From the NCBI RefSeq assembly GCF_006345805.1, contig NC_043017.1, positions 15,562,001-15,626,000 on the forward strand: a stretch of 64,000 nt of DNA, written 5' to 3'. This document shows positions 1-12,585 of the stretch, piece by piece (positions within the stretch are counted from its first letter, which is position 1; each line of letters starts with the position of its first letter). Source of the DNA: Octopus sinensis (taxonomy: Eukaryota). Below the pieces are notes generated by a model. It did not search any database. It worked only from the letters and a program-made list of their open reading frames with translations, and was not told the DNA's origin. Position numbers and translations under genes: made by a program.

Positions 1-294
1 TTGCTATACAACTAAAGTAGAGGTACACCATTTATTCGCACCAAGTGGAACATGCTCCCTAATATGTCTTGTTCAATCATGTTCTTTATAATTCATTAAT
101 CTCAACTGCAACAATATCAATGAAGATTCAAAATATGACAGCTGTATATTTACCTTAAATTAATTTATGATTATTTAATATGCTGCTGCCTTCAACACCA
201 GTCATGGTTAACCATTAATCTTGTACGATTAATGTTTAAAATCTCAGTTTCAACAAGACTATGGCTATAATCCCAGTCCACAACCAACGCTGGC

Positions 295-645
295 AATGGC
301 TGTGTGGTGAGAAGTTTGCCTCCCAAACACATGGTTCCAGGTTCAGTTCCAGTGTGGTCCCTGGGGCAAGTGTCTTCTATTATAGCCTCAGGCCAACCAA
401 AGCCTTGTGAGTGGATTTGATAGATGGAAGCAGAAAGAAGCTTGTCGTGTATATATATCATGTCATGTATGTGTGTCTGAGCCTGTCCACCACCACTGCT
501 TGACAACTGGTACGAGTGTGTCTATGTCCAGGTAACTTTGAAGCTGGGCAAAAGAGACTGATGGAATAAACTGTTTGACTAAAAATTCTTCAAGGCAGTG
601 CTCCAGCATGGCCACAGTCTAATGAGACTGTAACAAGTGAAAGAA
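295..645 (+). mobile_element. tRNA-derived SINE (family A; other copies near 30260-30635, 48985-49350, 55830-56240, 62195-62560)
   Basis: 5' head with A-box-like TGGCTGTGTGG and B-box-like GGTTCAGTTCC. The same body (ccttgggcaagtgtcttctactatagcc...gcagtgctccagcatggccacag) recurs many times in the window. Confidence 0.75.
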
Positions 646-1022
646 TACTACAATCTTCACAATTTAGTCAATCGATGTTGTACCTTTAACCCTTATCATA
701 TAAGATCCACCCAAAATCACACACCATGGTCCTTTCCTATAAACTTCTGGTATTAAAGTGATTTGAATTAAAATTTCCCATCAGAATTTCAGGTGGATTT
801 TCCAAACATCAAATAAACAACAACAAAGAAATTCACACACACACACACACAGAGTACAACCATCTCTCCTGTCTAGATAATGTAGTCCTAGATAGACAAT
901 GTCTGAATAAAAGATGAGATGGCCATGAATGGAACACCTTTGAACACACATCTGCTGAATCAGGGCTGACCTGCTACATAACAACAACAACAGCATCAAA
1001 CATTAACGAAATGCTAGTTTAC

Positions 1023-1129
1023 CTGTGGACAAGTTTTTCGGATCTTTCAAGTCTCTTTGAGGCCAAATCTCTCAGCTCCTTGTTTACGTTTAGTGCCATC
1101 CATACATTACTCTTCTGGTCCAGACAACA
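1023..1129 (-). CDS. EHMT1: EHMT (G9a/GLP) exon 19 of 19 in window: end of ankyrin region and linker to pre-SET (CCLDQKSNVWMALNVNKELRDLASKRLERSEKLVHR)
   Basis: ttgcag acceptor and gtaaac donor; phase 0 to 2. Resembles the GLP 'SQVWSALQMSKAL...ERIVSRDI' segment. The gene continues past the left edge. Confidence 0.88.
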
Positions 1130-1398
1130 CTGCAAGCAACAACAGGTGTAAAATCATCAATTGTGGAAACCATGGTTACAGTGAGGAAGGAAGAGGGTGG
1201 ACGGTCTTTTTACTGACAAAAGCTGTTTTACTAATTTCTCTAATTATTAAAAAGCAGTGGATTTCAAAAGAAATAGGGTAACAAAAGGGTTAAAATGCAA
1301 AGAGGTGTCTCTCCGTTGTAATGTTTGCTGTATTAAGTTTGGGAATAGAAGGGAAAGAAGAAAGGAAGGAAGGAATGAAGTATAATAACGTAACTTAC

Positions 1399-1462
1399 AT
1401 CTGATGGTAATTGGTTGATGTTGTTGCGAGCACTAATGTCAGCCCCACGTAAGAGACACAAC
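1399..1462 (-). CDS. EHMT1: EHMT exon, ankyrin repeat (LCLLRGADISARNNINQLPSD)
   Basis: caacag acceptor and gtaagt donor; phase 2 to 0; ankyrin GAD motif. Confidence 0.88.
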
Positions 1463-2052
1463 CTGTTGGAAATACAACAATCATTTAGCATTATTATTAT
1501 TATTATTATTATAATGTTACACAGTTTTATAAAGGCAGATTAAGTAAAAAGAAAAAAAAACTGTAGCATTATTTCAGGGTTTACTTAACCCTGGGACAAA
1601 ATATTGGGGGGGGCAGCTTTGACTTCAGCAAACTTCTTACTGGGAAAGAAATACAGCCATGTTGTTGTTGTTTATTAACAAATCCTTTTTGTACCTTCAC
1701 CTCACATCTCTCTCTGTCACTCTTTCCAGGTGGAGAAGCCATATCTTCATTTAGCTCCGGAGTAAAACATTTGCTCTTGTCCCTCTCTCACGATTTCGTG
1801 TTCCCCAATACTTCCTACCCCATTCAGACGAGGGACCTACCTTGTCTTACGGGTACTTGGTGACCTTGGTAGAGCTGATGCCTTGAAAAAAAGCACCCAG
1901 TACATTTAGAGAAGTGATTGGTATTAGGAAGGGTATCCAGCTGCAAACCATGCCAAACCAGACATTCGAACAGAGTGCATCCCTGTGGCCTGTCTATTCA
2001 TAATGAATTACCAAACCCATGCTAGCATGGAAAAACAGACATTAAACTATGC

Positions 2053-2089
<37 letters not shown>

Positions 2090-2429
2090 AATAACCCTAA
2101 CCCAAAGGCTAGGTCTTTAGGTTCTCTTGTGCCATATTTCTTTAGCTAGAACTAAGAGTTTGGGATACAAAAAAAAGTGCCCCTGCAATGACATAGAGAC
2201 ACTACAAATTAGGGTCTGTCAGATCAGGACATATCGTGGAGGGCTTCACACAGCAACAATACACACATCAGTGTGTCCCCTATTTACCAAAGTACACATT
2301 CTGCCAGTGACACCCTTTAGGACACTCACTCTAGAAAACCCCACAGAGTTAAAGTTGGTTCCACATACTGCAGCAGTTAACATGGGAAGATGAGTAATTA
2401 AGAAAGAGGAAGGAAATGTTTCTACTTAC

Positions 2430-2468
2430 ACAACACATTCATAATTGTCTTGTCGAACTGATATATGT
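2430..2468 (-). CDS. EHMT1: EHMT 39-nt exon, ankyrin (HISVRQDNYECVV)
   Basis: ttacag acceptor and gtaagt donor; phase 2 to 2. Fills the gap corresponding to GLP 'LHIAARENRYDCVV'. Confidence 0.88.
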
Positions 2469-2549
2469 CTGTAAGGAATGAAGAAAACGTTGAAGGTGAA
2501 AACATCAACATCTCTCTGGAAACACATAATAATAATAATAATAATAATA

Positions 2550-3490
2550 ATTTTGACACAAAGCCTGAACTTTTGATTGAGGGAGCTAGCTGATTACATT
2601 GACTCCACTTGCTAAACTGGTACTTTATTTCATTGGCCCCGAAAGGATGGAAAGTAAAGTTCATTTTGCTAACATTTGAACTTGGACAAATACCACCAGT
2701 CACTTTGCCCAGTGTGCTCATGAATTTGCCAGCTTGCCATGTCATCATCATCGTTTAATGTCCATTTTCCATGCTGGCATGGGTGGGATGGTTTGACATG
2801 GAGTTGGCCAACCAGGGAGCTGTCCAGACTCCAGTTGTTTATAACGATGATGATGATAATCCTTTCTACTTCAGTCAGAAGGCCTTTGGTGGGAGGGGGA
2901 AAGTCAATTACATTGACCCCCATTACTTAACTGGTATTTCTTTTATCAACCATAAAAGGCAAAGTAAGCCACAACTGAATTTGAACTCGGAATGTTTCAG
3001 ATGGATGAAATACCGCTAAGCATTTTTCTCCAGTTTGCCATCTTTGTAACAATAATAATCCTCCTGTCTGCTACAGGTACAAGGCCAGAAATGGGGTGGG
3101 CCCTTGTCAGTTACATCAACCCCACTGCTCAACTGGTCCTTATTTTATCGACCCTGAAAGGATGAAAGGCAAAGTCAACCATGACAGAATCTGAACTAAG
3201 AAGCTGTAGATGCACAAAATGTTAGAAAGCATTTGGTCCAGTGCACCAATAATTATGCCTGCTCACCACCTTAACAGCAACAAGACGAACAAGGCCTGCA
3301 AGTTTTGAGAAGAGGATTCAGTCAATACCCTTGACCCCCACTGATTCGATTTGTATTGTATTTTATTTGATCTTCAAGGGGTGAAAGAAGTACACAGTTG
3401 ACATCAGTGGGATTTGAACTCAGGATGTTAAGAGGCAGAAGAAATACCACATGACATTTTGTCCATTGCTCCAATGATTCTGGTAACAAA
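2550..3490 (-). mobile_element. Cluster of degenerate SINE family B copies (aaaggatgaaaggcaaagtcgacc...gaatttgaactcag)
   Basis: At least four diverged copies of one motif, also seen at 8085-8510, 32258-32470 (+), 34850-35500, 41650-42080, 53950-54165 and 56280-56850. Confidence 0.7.
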
Positions 3491-4089
3491 AACTCCAAAT
3501 CCACACCATCCTGTACCCCTTACACACACATACACACATGCGGATATCTTTCACCATTATGTATCATTGAAGAGTACAAACGTAATTAAACCTTGAAATG
3601 TTTATTCTGCACCAAGTTACAGACACTCCCCTATCACCTTACCCATCAGATATACAAGGACCCAGTGACTGGTCTTCAGGCAACTTGTAACTAACAGCAA
3701 CACTAAATATTGTGGTTCATCAATTGGAATCGAAGAGAGGATTAAGAAATACTGGGGCAAGGGGAGATAACAAAGACAATCACAGGGAAGATTAAGTGAA
3801 GAAAAAAATGAGAAGTCTTGAGAGAGATGGTAAGCGACTTGCGACCTGATGAATGGAATCTTAAAATAGAGTCAGAAGCCAGAAGTCATTGCATTGGGTG
3901 AAACCCTGCACCAGATTGCCATTGTAGTAATATCTGAGAATCAAGAGAATTTGGAAAAAGGAAATAAGGAATGGAAAAGGAGAGTATGTTGAAGGATGAA
4001 TGGGGTTAATTGAAATGGGGACACAAGTAATAGAAACGCCAGATGGTTGTGTGCACCTGGCTACGAGATGGTAAGGAAATGCTACTTAC

Positions 4090-4205
4090 AGGGGCCGATC
4101 TCCGTGTTCGTTTGGAGATTCTAGTTCACAGCCGTAATCCAAAAATAATTCTGCAATCTCAACACTTCCTGAGAACGCAGCCCAATGCAGCCCCGTGTTC
4201 TCTTC
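4090..4205 (-). CDS. EHMT1: EHMT exon, ankyrin ([39 protein letters not shown])
   Basis: ttgcag acceptor and gtaagt donor; phase 0 to 2. Closely matches G9a/GLP '[13 protein letters not shown]'. Confidence 0.95.
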
Positions 4206-4683
4206 CTGCAAACAACAACAAATCATCATTATCATCATCAATTAAGGTGTAATGGCAACTGTTTTGTCTATCTTCTAAACAAATGTTCTTAATAAATTCT
4301 TCTATTGCAACTGTACGTACCCCCAGAGGGTCAATAATTGTGAACATACACAGAGGCTTATAATAAAAGATTCTAATGTATATATACACACAACTACAAC
4401 AGTTCTATGCGACATACAAACATCTATAAATGTATAAATCAGCTTTATGATATATACACATATCTACCAGTGTGTATATCACAGTTCTATGTTATATAGA
4501 CATCCACAAGAGTATATAAGAATATGTTACATACACACTCCACTAATGTAATGTGTATGACAGATCTGTTTTATACATACACATCTACAAGTGGGTACAA
4601 CATAGATCTGTCATACACACATAATTACCAGTGTGTATAACACTATATACATACATTTATTTACCAGTGTGTATAACACAGTG

Positions 4684-4717
<34 letters not shown>

Positions 4718-4723
<6 letters not shown>

Positions 4724-5008
4724 ATCACGTGACCGACCAGACCATCAGATGTTGTTACACATCGCTGGTCACAATGCGTTCGCATTGTTTTAGCCTTCGA
4801 ATGATGCCACCCCGCTGGCTAAGCGAGCAGGCCAACAGAAGAAAGAGTGGTGAAAGAGTACAGCAGGGATCACCACCCCCTGCCGGAGCCTCGTGGACCT
4901 TTTAGGTGTTTTTGTTCAATAAACACTCACAACACCGGTCTGGGAATCGAAACCGCGATCCTGCGACAGCAAGTCCGCTGCCCTAACCACTAGGCCATTG
5001 CGCCTCCA
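4718..5008 (-). mobile_element. Young full-length tRNA-derived SINE (family C; partial copy at 37587-37740)
   Basis: Minus strand begins ggaggcgcaatggcctagtggttaggg (A box) and contains ggtttcgattccc (B box). It ends cacgtgatcacgtga next to (TA)n. CpGs are largely retained. Confidence 0.8.
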
Positions 5009-5183
5009 CACACACATATATATACATATATACATACACGCACAACTACAAGTGTGTATAACACAGTTCTATGTCACATACTACACACATCTATCTACAG
5101 GGTGTAGATAAGACCTCCTACAGTGTGAAAACAGTTTAACAATTCCCAAAAAACCCCAAAAGAAGCCATTTTAAAAAACTTAC

Positions 5184-5288
5184 ATTATCCTTTAATGTGG
5201 GATCAGCCCCACGCTGAACAAGAAACTTGGCACTTTCAACATTTCGGTGCTCTGCTGCCCAAATAATTGGCGTCCAACCACCATCATC
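5184..5288 (-). CDS. EHMT1: EHMT exon, ankyrin with methyl-lysine cage residues (DDGGWTPIIWAAEHRNVESAKFLVQRGADPTLKDN)
   Basis: ttaaag acceptor and gtaagt donor; phase 0 to 0. GGWTPIIWAAEH is diagnostic of the G9a/GLP ankyrin domain. Confidence 0.96.
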
Positions 5289-6046
5289 CTTTAAAAACAA
5301 TTAATAAAAAAAAAAAAAACAATTAATTATTGATTGATAAGTTGAGGTTTGACAAAAAGTTATAAAGCTGAAAATCATAAATTGTTGTATTTTGGGAAGA
5401 GACATTTTGGTCAAGAAGTCAACATTACTGTAAAAGAAAGAGGTTTGAAATGCTAGAAATAGGAGCAAAATTGCCCTTGTATCACATGAAATAATGTAAA
5501 TAATTTTCACCAAAAATACTAAATGAAATTCCCTTTCCCTGTTTACCTTCTGAGCCCAACCCCACAAGAGATAACCAAACCAGTTTGTAGGGGACAGTAA
5601 ATACAGCGGAACGATAACAACTGATATGGTTGAGTTCTAGAAAGGATCTCCTGCTTTCAAACCATTGAGGGATTTCAGCAGATTAGGGAGTCTGAGTGGT
5701 TTATTTAGAGTGTGAAAAAGAAGAGGGAAAAGGGTTGATACAACTTAAGCATCACAACATCTAGTACTGCAACCATAATAGCCCTGGAAGGAGCATTTGC
5801 AAGGAACAGGGGCCACTAATACTCCTCCTCCTTCTTCTCTTTCTACAGAAGTAGAGGCAATAATTCCTCTCCTCCACCACGAACAACTGACGCTTCCTCT
5901 TCTTCCACATGTAGGGTTACTAATACTTCTCCTCCATGAACAGAGGGTACTATTCCCCTCCCACCCTTCCTTCTTTGCCCCTCCCCCCACTCTCTCTTCC
6001 TTAATATAGTTGAGAATCCGGTCACTCCAAGAGTGAGTCCACTTAC

Positions 6047-6148
6047 CTGGACATTGACGTCAGCTTTCCGCGTAGACAAGAGAAACTCCATGAGATCAAT
6101 GTAGCCTCCTTTGGCAGCCATGTGCAGACAAGTCATGCCATCTTCACC
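6047..6148 (-). CDS. EHMT1: EHMT exon, ankyrin (GEDGMTCLHMAAKGGYIDLMEFLLSTRKADVNVQ)
   Basis: ttgcag acceptor and gtaagt donor; phase 0 to 0; canonical ankyrin TCLHxAA. Confidence 0.95.
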
Positions 6149-6229
6149 CTGCAAAAAAGAAACACACCATGTGGGACAACAACACATATAGATACATAGG
6201 AGTGTGTGTGGACGCGTCTATCTACATAC

Positions 6230-6260
<31 letters not shown>

Positions 6261-6606
6261 TATATATATATTTACACACATATCAATGCGTGCGTGTATA
6301 TATATATGCATATATACGTATGCATATACGTATATGCATGTATATTCTTTTACTCTTTCATTTGTTTTAGTCATTTGACTTTGGCTATGCTGGAGCACTG
6401 CCTTGAAGGGTTTTAGTCGAACAAGTCAACTCCTGGACTTATTCTTTGTAAGCCTAGTACTTATGCTAGTGGACTATTTTGCCGAACTGCTAAGTGACAG
6501 GGACGGAAACACACCAACATCGGTTGTCAAGTGATAGTGGGGTTGATGAACAGAGACACGGCTTTGGTCGGCCTGACGTTACAGTAGAAGAAACTTGCCT
6601 GAGGTG

Positions 6607-7483
6607 CTAGAAGATGAGCTTCATCCTGGAAGATCTGTAGAGCTCAACAAGGACGTCCTGCAAACCCTGGTGGAACAAAATCCCACCGTAACTGTTGAGG
6701 TACCTTGCAGAGAAGCTTGGATTTGGTCATTCAACCATTCATTGACACCTGCGTGCCATCAGAAAAGTCAGCAAATGGGTCAATGGGTTCCTCACAAACT
6801 CTCCAAGTCTAATTGCGGGCAGAGAGTGAATGCGTGCTCTTCTTTGCTGTTATGTCTCACAGCTGAACCTTTTTTTGGACTGAATGGGTTCTCTATAAAA
6901 ATGTAAAGCGCAGAAGACAGTGGATAGGGTAAATAGAAACACCAGTACCCCAGGCTAAAAATGGTCTTCACCCACGTAAGGTGTTGCTATCTGTTTGGTG
7001 GGATATAAAAGGTTTAGTCCACTTTGAACTTTTAAACCCAAGCCAAATAAGAAAGGAGATCTACTGTGAGCAGCTTGAGCAACTTAAGTCAGCACTGGAA
7101 GAAAAAAACGACCATCTTTGGTTTCAAGACGAAAGGTGTTCTTCCATCAGGATAATGCTCAGCCACATATAGTGAGGATGACATTCTAAAGGCTGAAGCA
7201 GTTTGAATGGGAAACGATGACCCACCCACGATATTCGCTGGACATTGCCCCTCCCGATTATCATTTATTCTGATGTCTTCAAAATTATTTGGATGGCAAA
7301 AATATGAATTCTAGAAACAAGATCAGAACAATACTGGAAGAGTATTTTCCATCACAGATAAGTGAATTTTGGAAAAGGGGTCTTGCAAGTCTACCAAATG
7401 GCTGGAAGAGCATTGTAGAAAATGAAGGAGAATATATTTTAGGTTATAAAAAAAAACTGCATTACTTATGGGATGAGCCAATA
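6607..7483 (+). mobile_element. Degenerate mariner transposon, 3' part (transposase pseudogene plus right TIR)
   Basis: Fragmented ORFs give WVPHKL, LLSVWWDIKG, HQDNAQPH, YSLDIAPPDYHLF and 'LPNGWKSIVENEGEY'. These are mariner WVPHEL/YSPDLAP-type motifs broken by stops and frameshifts. Ends ttatgggatgagccaa-TA. Confidence 0.92.
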
Positions 7484-7589
7484 CACACACACACACACAC
7501 ACATACACACACACACACAGAGCAACATCTTGCTTTCACACCTATGTACCACACACCTAGGCACAGCACCAATATCTTCAATATCTTAC

Positions 7590-7712
7590 CTTGACATCAA
7601 TCTGTGCACCTGCTTGCACCAGAAACTTTACAATAGGGAGATGGTTATTCTCACATGCGTAGATGATTGCATTGTTTAATCGACCATCAACAATATGGAT
7701 GTTGCCTCCTGC
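7590..7712 (-). CDS. EHMT1: EHMT exon, ankyrin (AGGNIHIVDGRLNNAIIYACENNHLPIVKFLVQAGAQIDVK)
   Basis: ttacag acceptor and gtaaga donor; phase 0 to 0; ankyrin consensus. Confidence 0.93.
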
Positions 7713-8555
7713 CTGTAAATATAAAGTGTAAATAGCTGTGTAGAGATTGGTGCGTAAATGAGTAGCTTAGTGTATTCATAGTGTAAATAGCTGTGTAGTA
7801 TGTTTTTATTACTGTGTAACTGTGTGTTGACTGGCAATTAATTCACCATTCCACTGCAATAATCATCATCATTTAAAGTTCAATTTCCATGCTGGCATGG
7901 GTTGGACAACTTCACAGGAACTGGCAAGACCAGGGCCCACACAAAGTTCCACAGTCTGTTTTTGGCACAGTTTCAATGGTTGCATGCCCTTCCTAACACC
8001 AACCACTTTACAGAGTGTGGACTGGATACTTTTCACATGGCACCACCACCAGTGCGTTTTATGTAGCACAAGGCCAGCAAGTGGGGGGGGGGGCAGGGTA
8101 AGTCAATTACACTGACCCCAGGACTCAACTATCACTAATTTTATCAACCCTGAAAGAATGAAAGGCAAAGTTGACCTTGGTGGAATTTGAACTCAGAACA
8201 TAAAGATGGAAGAAATGTTGTTAAGCATTCAATCTGTCTGGCATGCTAATGATTCTGCCAGCTTGATACCTTAAAACATAATAATAATAATACTCCTTTC
8301 TACTAAAGGTACAAGGCCTGAAATCTGGGAGGAGGGGGTTAGTTGGTTACATCAACCCCAGTGCATAACTGGTACTTAATTTATCAACCCTGAAAGGATG
8401 AAAGGCAAAGTTGACCACAGTGGAATTTGAACTCAGAATGTAGCGGCAGACAAAATACCGCTAAGCATTTCACCTGGTGTGCTAACGATTCTGCCAGCTC
8501 ACCACCTTAATAGCAATCATAACAATGATAATAATAATAATAAACATGTTCTTAC

Positions 8556-8662
8556 TTGAATGAGCACATGTAAGATAGCCAGATGACCATTAATTGCTGC
8601 AGCATGGACAGCTGTCTGGTCATCATTGTCTGGATCTCTCTTGTTGGGATCAGCTCCATCAA
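8556..8662 (-). CDS. EHMT1: EHMT exon, ankyrin (VDGADPNKRDPDNDDQTAVHAAAINGHLAILHVLIQ)
   Basis: ttacag acceptor and gtaaga donor; phase 1 to 0. Matches GLP 'VDGIDPNF...PLHAAA'. Confidence 0.93.
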
Positions 8663-8881
8663 CTGTAAAGAAAACAAACAAACCACAACAATTACATCCT
8701 CGTTTAACACAACAAAACAATATGAGAAAAACAATGCTTCAAACACATCAGTTATGGCTGAGTGGATAACACCTTGCTTTGTAACCACAAGGGGTGTGGG
8801 TTTGATCTCACTGCATGGCAGCCTGGACAAACACACAGCCCTTGACCAGCCAAACCCCCAAAGGCACACAAGTACACTTAC

Positions 8882-8964
8882 CTAACATATAAATAACTTT
8901 GGCTAGATCACCTTCTTTACAAGGATTATACAAAGATTTCGGTAAAGTTCGGTACTTTTTAGGT
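8882..8964 (-). CDS. EHMT1: EHMT exon (PKKYRTLPKSLYNPCKEGDLAKVIYML)
   Basis: tttcag acceptor and gtaagt donor; phase 2 to 1. Matches GLP '[27 protein letters not shown]'. Confidence 0.92.
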
Positions 8965-9136
8965 CTGAAACGGTAAAAGAGAACATTGGAAGGATTAGAG
9001 AAGCAGATTTAAGACAATATCATCATCACCATAGATATTTTATATCACATGGTGGGGGATTAATAAATATAAAGCTATAATAAAGTCAAATAATTTTATA
9101 TGTACACCCTCTGTGTACTTCTAACTTCATTTAAAT

Positions 9137-9168
<32 letters not shown>

Positions 9169-9375
9169 GGTATGATTTCCCTCTGCAAGAATCTGCTCTG
9201 ACTCCCCTCTCATAGTAATCCCCTCGTCCCCTAGGGCTCGTATTCTTGTAAAAAAACAGGGAGAATCCAGTTAAAGATACCCAAAGACCATTAAATAATG
9301 CCAGTAGTTGGGTAGGAGGGTCTTTACAAGGGACAGGCCACTTGGTGAAGCAAAGTAATGACAGCAAAACCTCAC

Positions 9376-9442
9376 CTTTCTTGTTCCAAAATAGAAAAAC
9401 ATTTTTCTAAAATTTCTCTGTCTTTGCCTTTGGGAATTCCAG
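9376..9442 (-). CDS. EHMT1: EHMT exon (AGIPKGKDREILEKCFSILEQER)
   Basis: tttcag acceptor and gtgagg donor; phase 1 to 2, bridging its neighbours. Resembles GLP 'GPGKETLESALIALDSEK'. Confidence 0.85.
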
Positions 9443-10345
9443 CTGAAAAAATTGAATAAAGTGCGTGAGATATTGAGTAGATATCACCTCAATATAAAGA
9501 TATATGATATGATAGGGAGATATTTGGTGGTATAGAAATTCTATAAGGGGATATTTAGTGATGCAGGGAACTGCAATGAAATATAAGGAAGATAATATAA
9601 ATAACATAACAATTGCTTAACTCTCTTGTGCTGTGTTCCTGGTATAGCAGAAATAGTCTAAAGACAATCCCTACTGGATTCCCATTTAAGGGGTAATGAA
9701 CAAAACATGAAGAAAAAGAAGATAACATACTAAAAATAGACAACCAATCAGGTTGCAGCTTTGTGGTCAGGGGTGTTAAGGACTCATCGTTAATGGTGTC
9801 CCTTACGGCTGTTGCTTTTGTTTTTAATAAAAATTTTAAAAAAGATTTATCGCGATGAAACGATGATGAACCCATCACTAGTCTTGAGGAAATTATTGAG
9901 GATAATTTATTCTTTGGACGAAGAGTTTACCCTTGTGCAGACAGGGAGTGATTCAGACAATCAAATTGATGAAAGTAATGAGGGAAATAGCAATTCAATT
10001 GAACAAATACTGAGAGGAAGGGGGGGGGGCTACTATTGTTATTCTCCTGGGTCCTTTCTTTTTTTTTTTTTTGGTCATTCTGTCCATTAGTTTCCCTGCA
10101 ACAGTTAGTCCTCAGCTGTATATATAACTACTTATTTTTCTGCTCTGGGGCCCAGGTGGAGGGAAAATTTACACATAGGGGCCTAGGTCTGGGAAATAAA
10201 CAACACAATAATCAACAACAGGGAATGTTACAAGTGAATAAAAACTAGGCATTTTACTAAACCCCTTCAAAACTTTGATTTTTTGTTTTTTCCTTTTCAA
10301 AATCAAATGAAGCACAAAGGGATGATATTTGGCTGTAAAGATTAC

Positions 10346-10488
10346 CTGAGGTGAATACAGTTGGTGATGAAGATGCTGATGGTTCAAATGTAACCTTCTT
10401 TTCTCCTTCCTCCACGCTCGCTAACTTACACAACTTCTTCTCTTGAGCTTTATAAGTTTTTAAATGAATTGACAATTTCACCCTTGAT
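10346..10488 (-). CDS. EHMT1: EHMT linker exon (SRVKLSIHLKTYKAQEKKLCKLASVEEGEKKVTFEPSASSSPTVFTS)
   Basis: tcacag acceptor and gtaatc donor; phase 2 to 1, consistent with flanking exons; open frame. Confidence 0.8.
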
Positions 10489-11565
10489 CTGTGAAGGGGA
10501 GAAAATATAACCACAGGTATAGCAATGGAAATATCATTATACAGCAGCAGCATGGATAGGATATTAGTCTAGATACTGACATGTAATGATACGTACGGTG
10601 ACAACTAAACTGTCAAATCAATATTTATATATCACATCACCATAAACAGCATAAACTCCATATATATATATAGCAATGAGAACGTGAATTTTGTGTGTGT
10701 GTGCATATAAATATATGTATGTGTCTCAAGAAGACCCGTTCTCCACAGAAGAAGTGTTAAAGCCACTCCCTCTGGTGCAGAGGATCGGCCTGCAGGAGTT
10801 GTGTGCTGGGGTCACATAGAAAACACTGATGCTGGTGTCGAATAACAGCACTCATGAAGTGCCACGTTAAAAGCACCCAGCACACACTGCAAAGTGGTTG
10901 GCATTAGGAAGGGCATCCAGCTGTGGGGACCAAGCCAAATCAGACTCTGCCCAGCTCTTAGTCAAACTGTCAAACCCATGATAGCATGGAAAACAGACAT
11001 TGGAAGATGATGATGATGATGATGATCTCATGAGTGAAGCTCATGTGTATATCATAACATTAACCCTTCAGCATTCAGATGCCTCGCTTTAATGTAAGGC
11101 TTATTGAGTCACATAGTTCTGAATATTAATCCTTTACTGTCAACCTTTTCCTTGTGAAAGTTAATATGCATGGACTCTACTAGAAACTAGTGAGTAATCT
11201 TTCAGTCTAATGTTAAGACATAGCATAACAAAATTTATATATATATATATATGTCAGGTAGTGCTATTGAGTTAGACATGACCTGGGCCAATACTGGTCA
11301 AAACCTTTCTAAGTTATATACATTATATATATATATATACACACACACACAAATATATATACATATATATACACACACAGTGCTGGTGCCATGTAAAAGC
11401 AACCACTACACTCTTATAGAGTGACTGGCATTAGGAAGGGCATCCAGCCATAGCAACCATACCAGAAAAGACAATGGAGCCTGAAATGGCCCCTGGCCTT
11501 ACCAGCTCTGGTCAAACTGTCCAACCTCTGCCAGCCTGGAAAACAGATATTAAATGAAGACGATG

Positions 11566-11602
<37 letters not shown>

Positions 11603-11672
11603 GAATGCGTACATGTGTGTGGGTATGAAGCTGGTAATGATGTTGAAACAAGAAGAAGAATCTAATACTTAC

Positions 11673-11881
11673 TTTGGTAACGATGGCTCCAGCTGAGTAA
11701 CTGTTTTCTCTTCTATCGTACTAATTATTCTCGGTTCGTTAAGAGTTAACATCACTTCATACTGTGCCGACTCTTCTCCACAATGGGGACAGTAAGATTT
11801 GTTATCAAGGAACAGCTGACACTGTTTGTGGAAATTGTGAATAGTAGAGCCACCTTGTTTCCGACACTGGTAGAAGCGTCC
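11673..11881 (-). CDS. EHMT1: EHMT Cys-rich region exon (GRFYQCRKQGGSTIHNFHKQCQLFLDNKSYCPHCGEE...)
   Basis: gctcag acceptor and gtaagt donor; phase 0 to 2. Has the HxFH..C and YCPHCGE motifs of G9a/GLP. Confidence 0.94.
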
Positions 11882-12206
11882 CTGAGCGAAAGGAAAACAA
11901 TCGTGTTAAGATTGTTGTTATTGTTGATGGTGTTGTTGTTGTTAATGGTATTGTTGGGTTGATGCGTCAGCATCTGTACTGAAATAAATCTTGTCTGTGA
12001 AGTTATCACTTAAATATTGTGGGTCCCATTCATAATAATAATAAGCAATCTCTCTAAAAGCCCCTGCTGCTAGAAGGCAACCCATGCCTTAATTGATGTT
12101 TCTTTCATTAGTTTTAAAACAATAAGGGTGGGGAGGAGGTGATTTGGCTGCTATCTTTAGCAACTCAGTCAACCCTGTAGACTGTGAAATAAGGTCGAGA
12201 GCTTAC

Positions 12207-12350
12207 CTGCATACAGAAATGTCCACAGCCAGGACAACACTGGTGTTGTTTGAGAGACTGTCGATGGAACTCACAAACTGCCATGAACGGGATCTTGATG
12301 GCTGGCCGTACTAACAGACTGTTGGTCACCTTGTTACAGCAACCCATCAC
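12207..12350 (-). CDS. EHMT1: EHMT Cys-rich region exon (VMGCCNKVTNSLLVRPAIKIPFMAVCEFHRQSLKQHQCCPGCGHFCMQ)
   Basis: ttgcag acceptor and gtaagc donor; phase 0 to 0. HQCCPGCGxFC is a signature of G9a/GLP. Confidence 0.96.
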
Positions 12351-12483
12351 CTGCAATTAACAAACATATGAGCTACAGGGTGATATACCACACACAGGAA
12401 AATGTGCATAGGTAAATATACAGGTACACAAATACACACACCACGTACACAAAGTTTAACTATACATGACTATATATGTATGA

Positions 12484-12581
<98 letters not shown>

Positions 12582-12585
12582 GCGG

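Noticed and set aside
1-1022. Next EHMT (pre-SET) exon
   Set aside because: No matching exon found; it presumably lies beyond the window's left edge.
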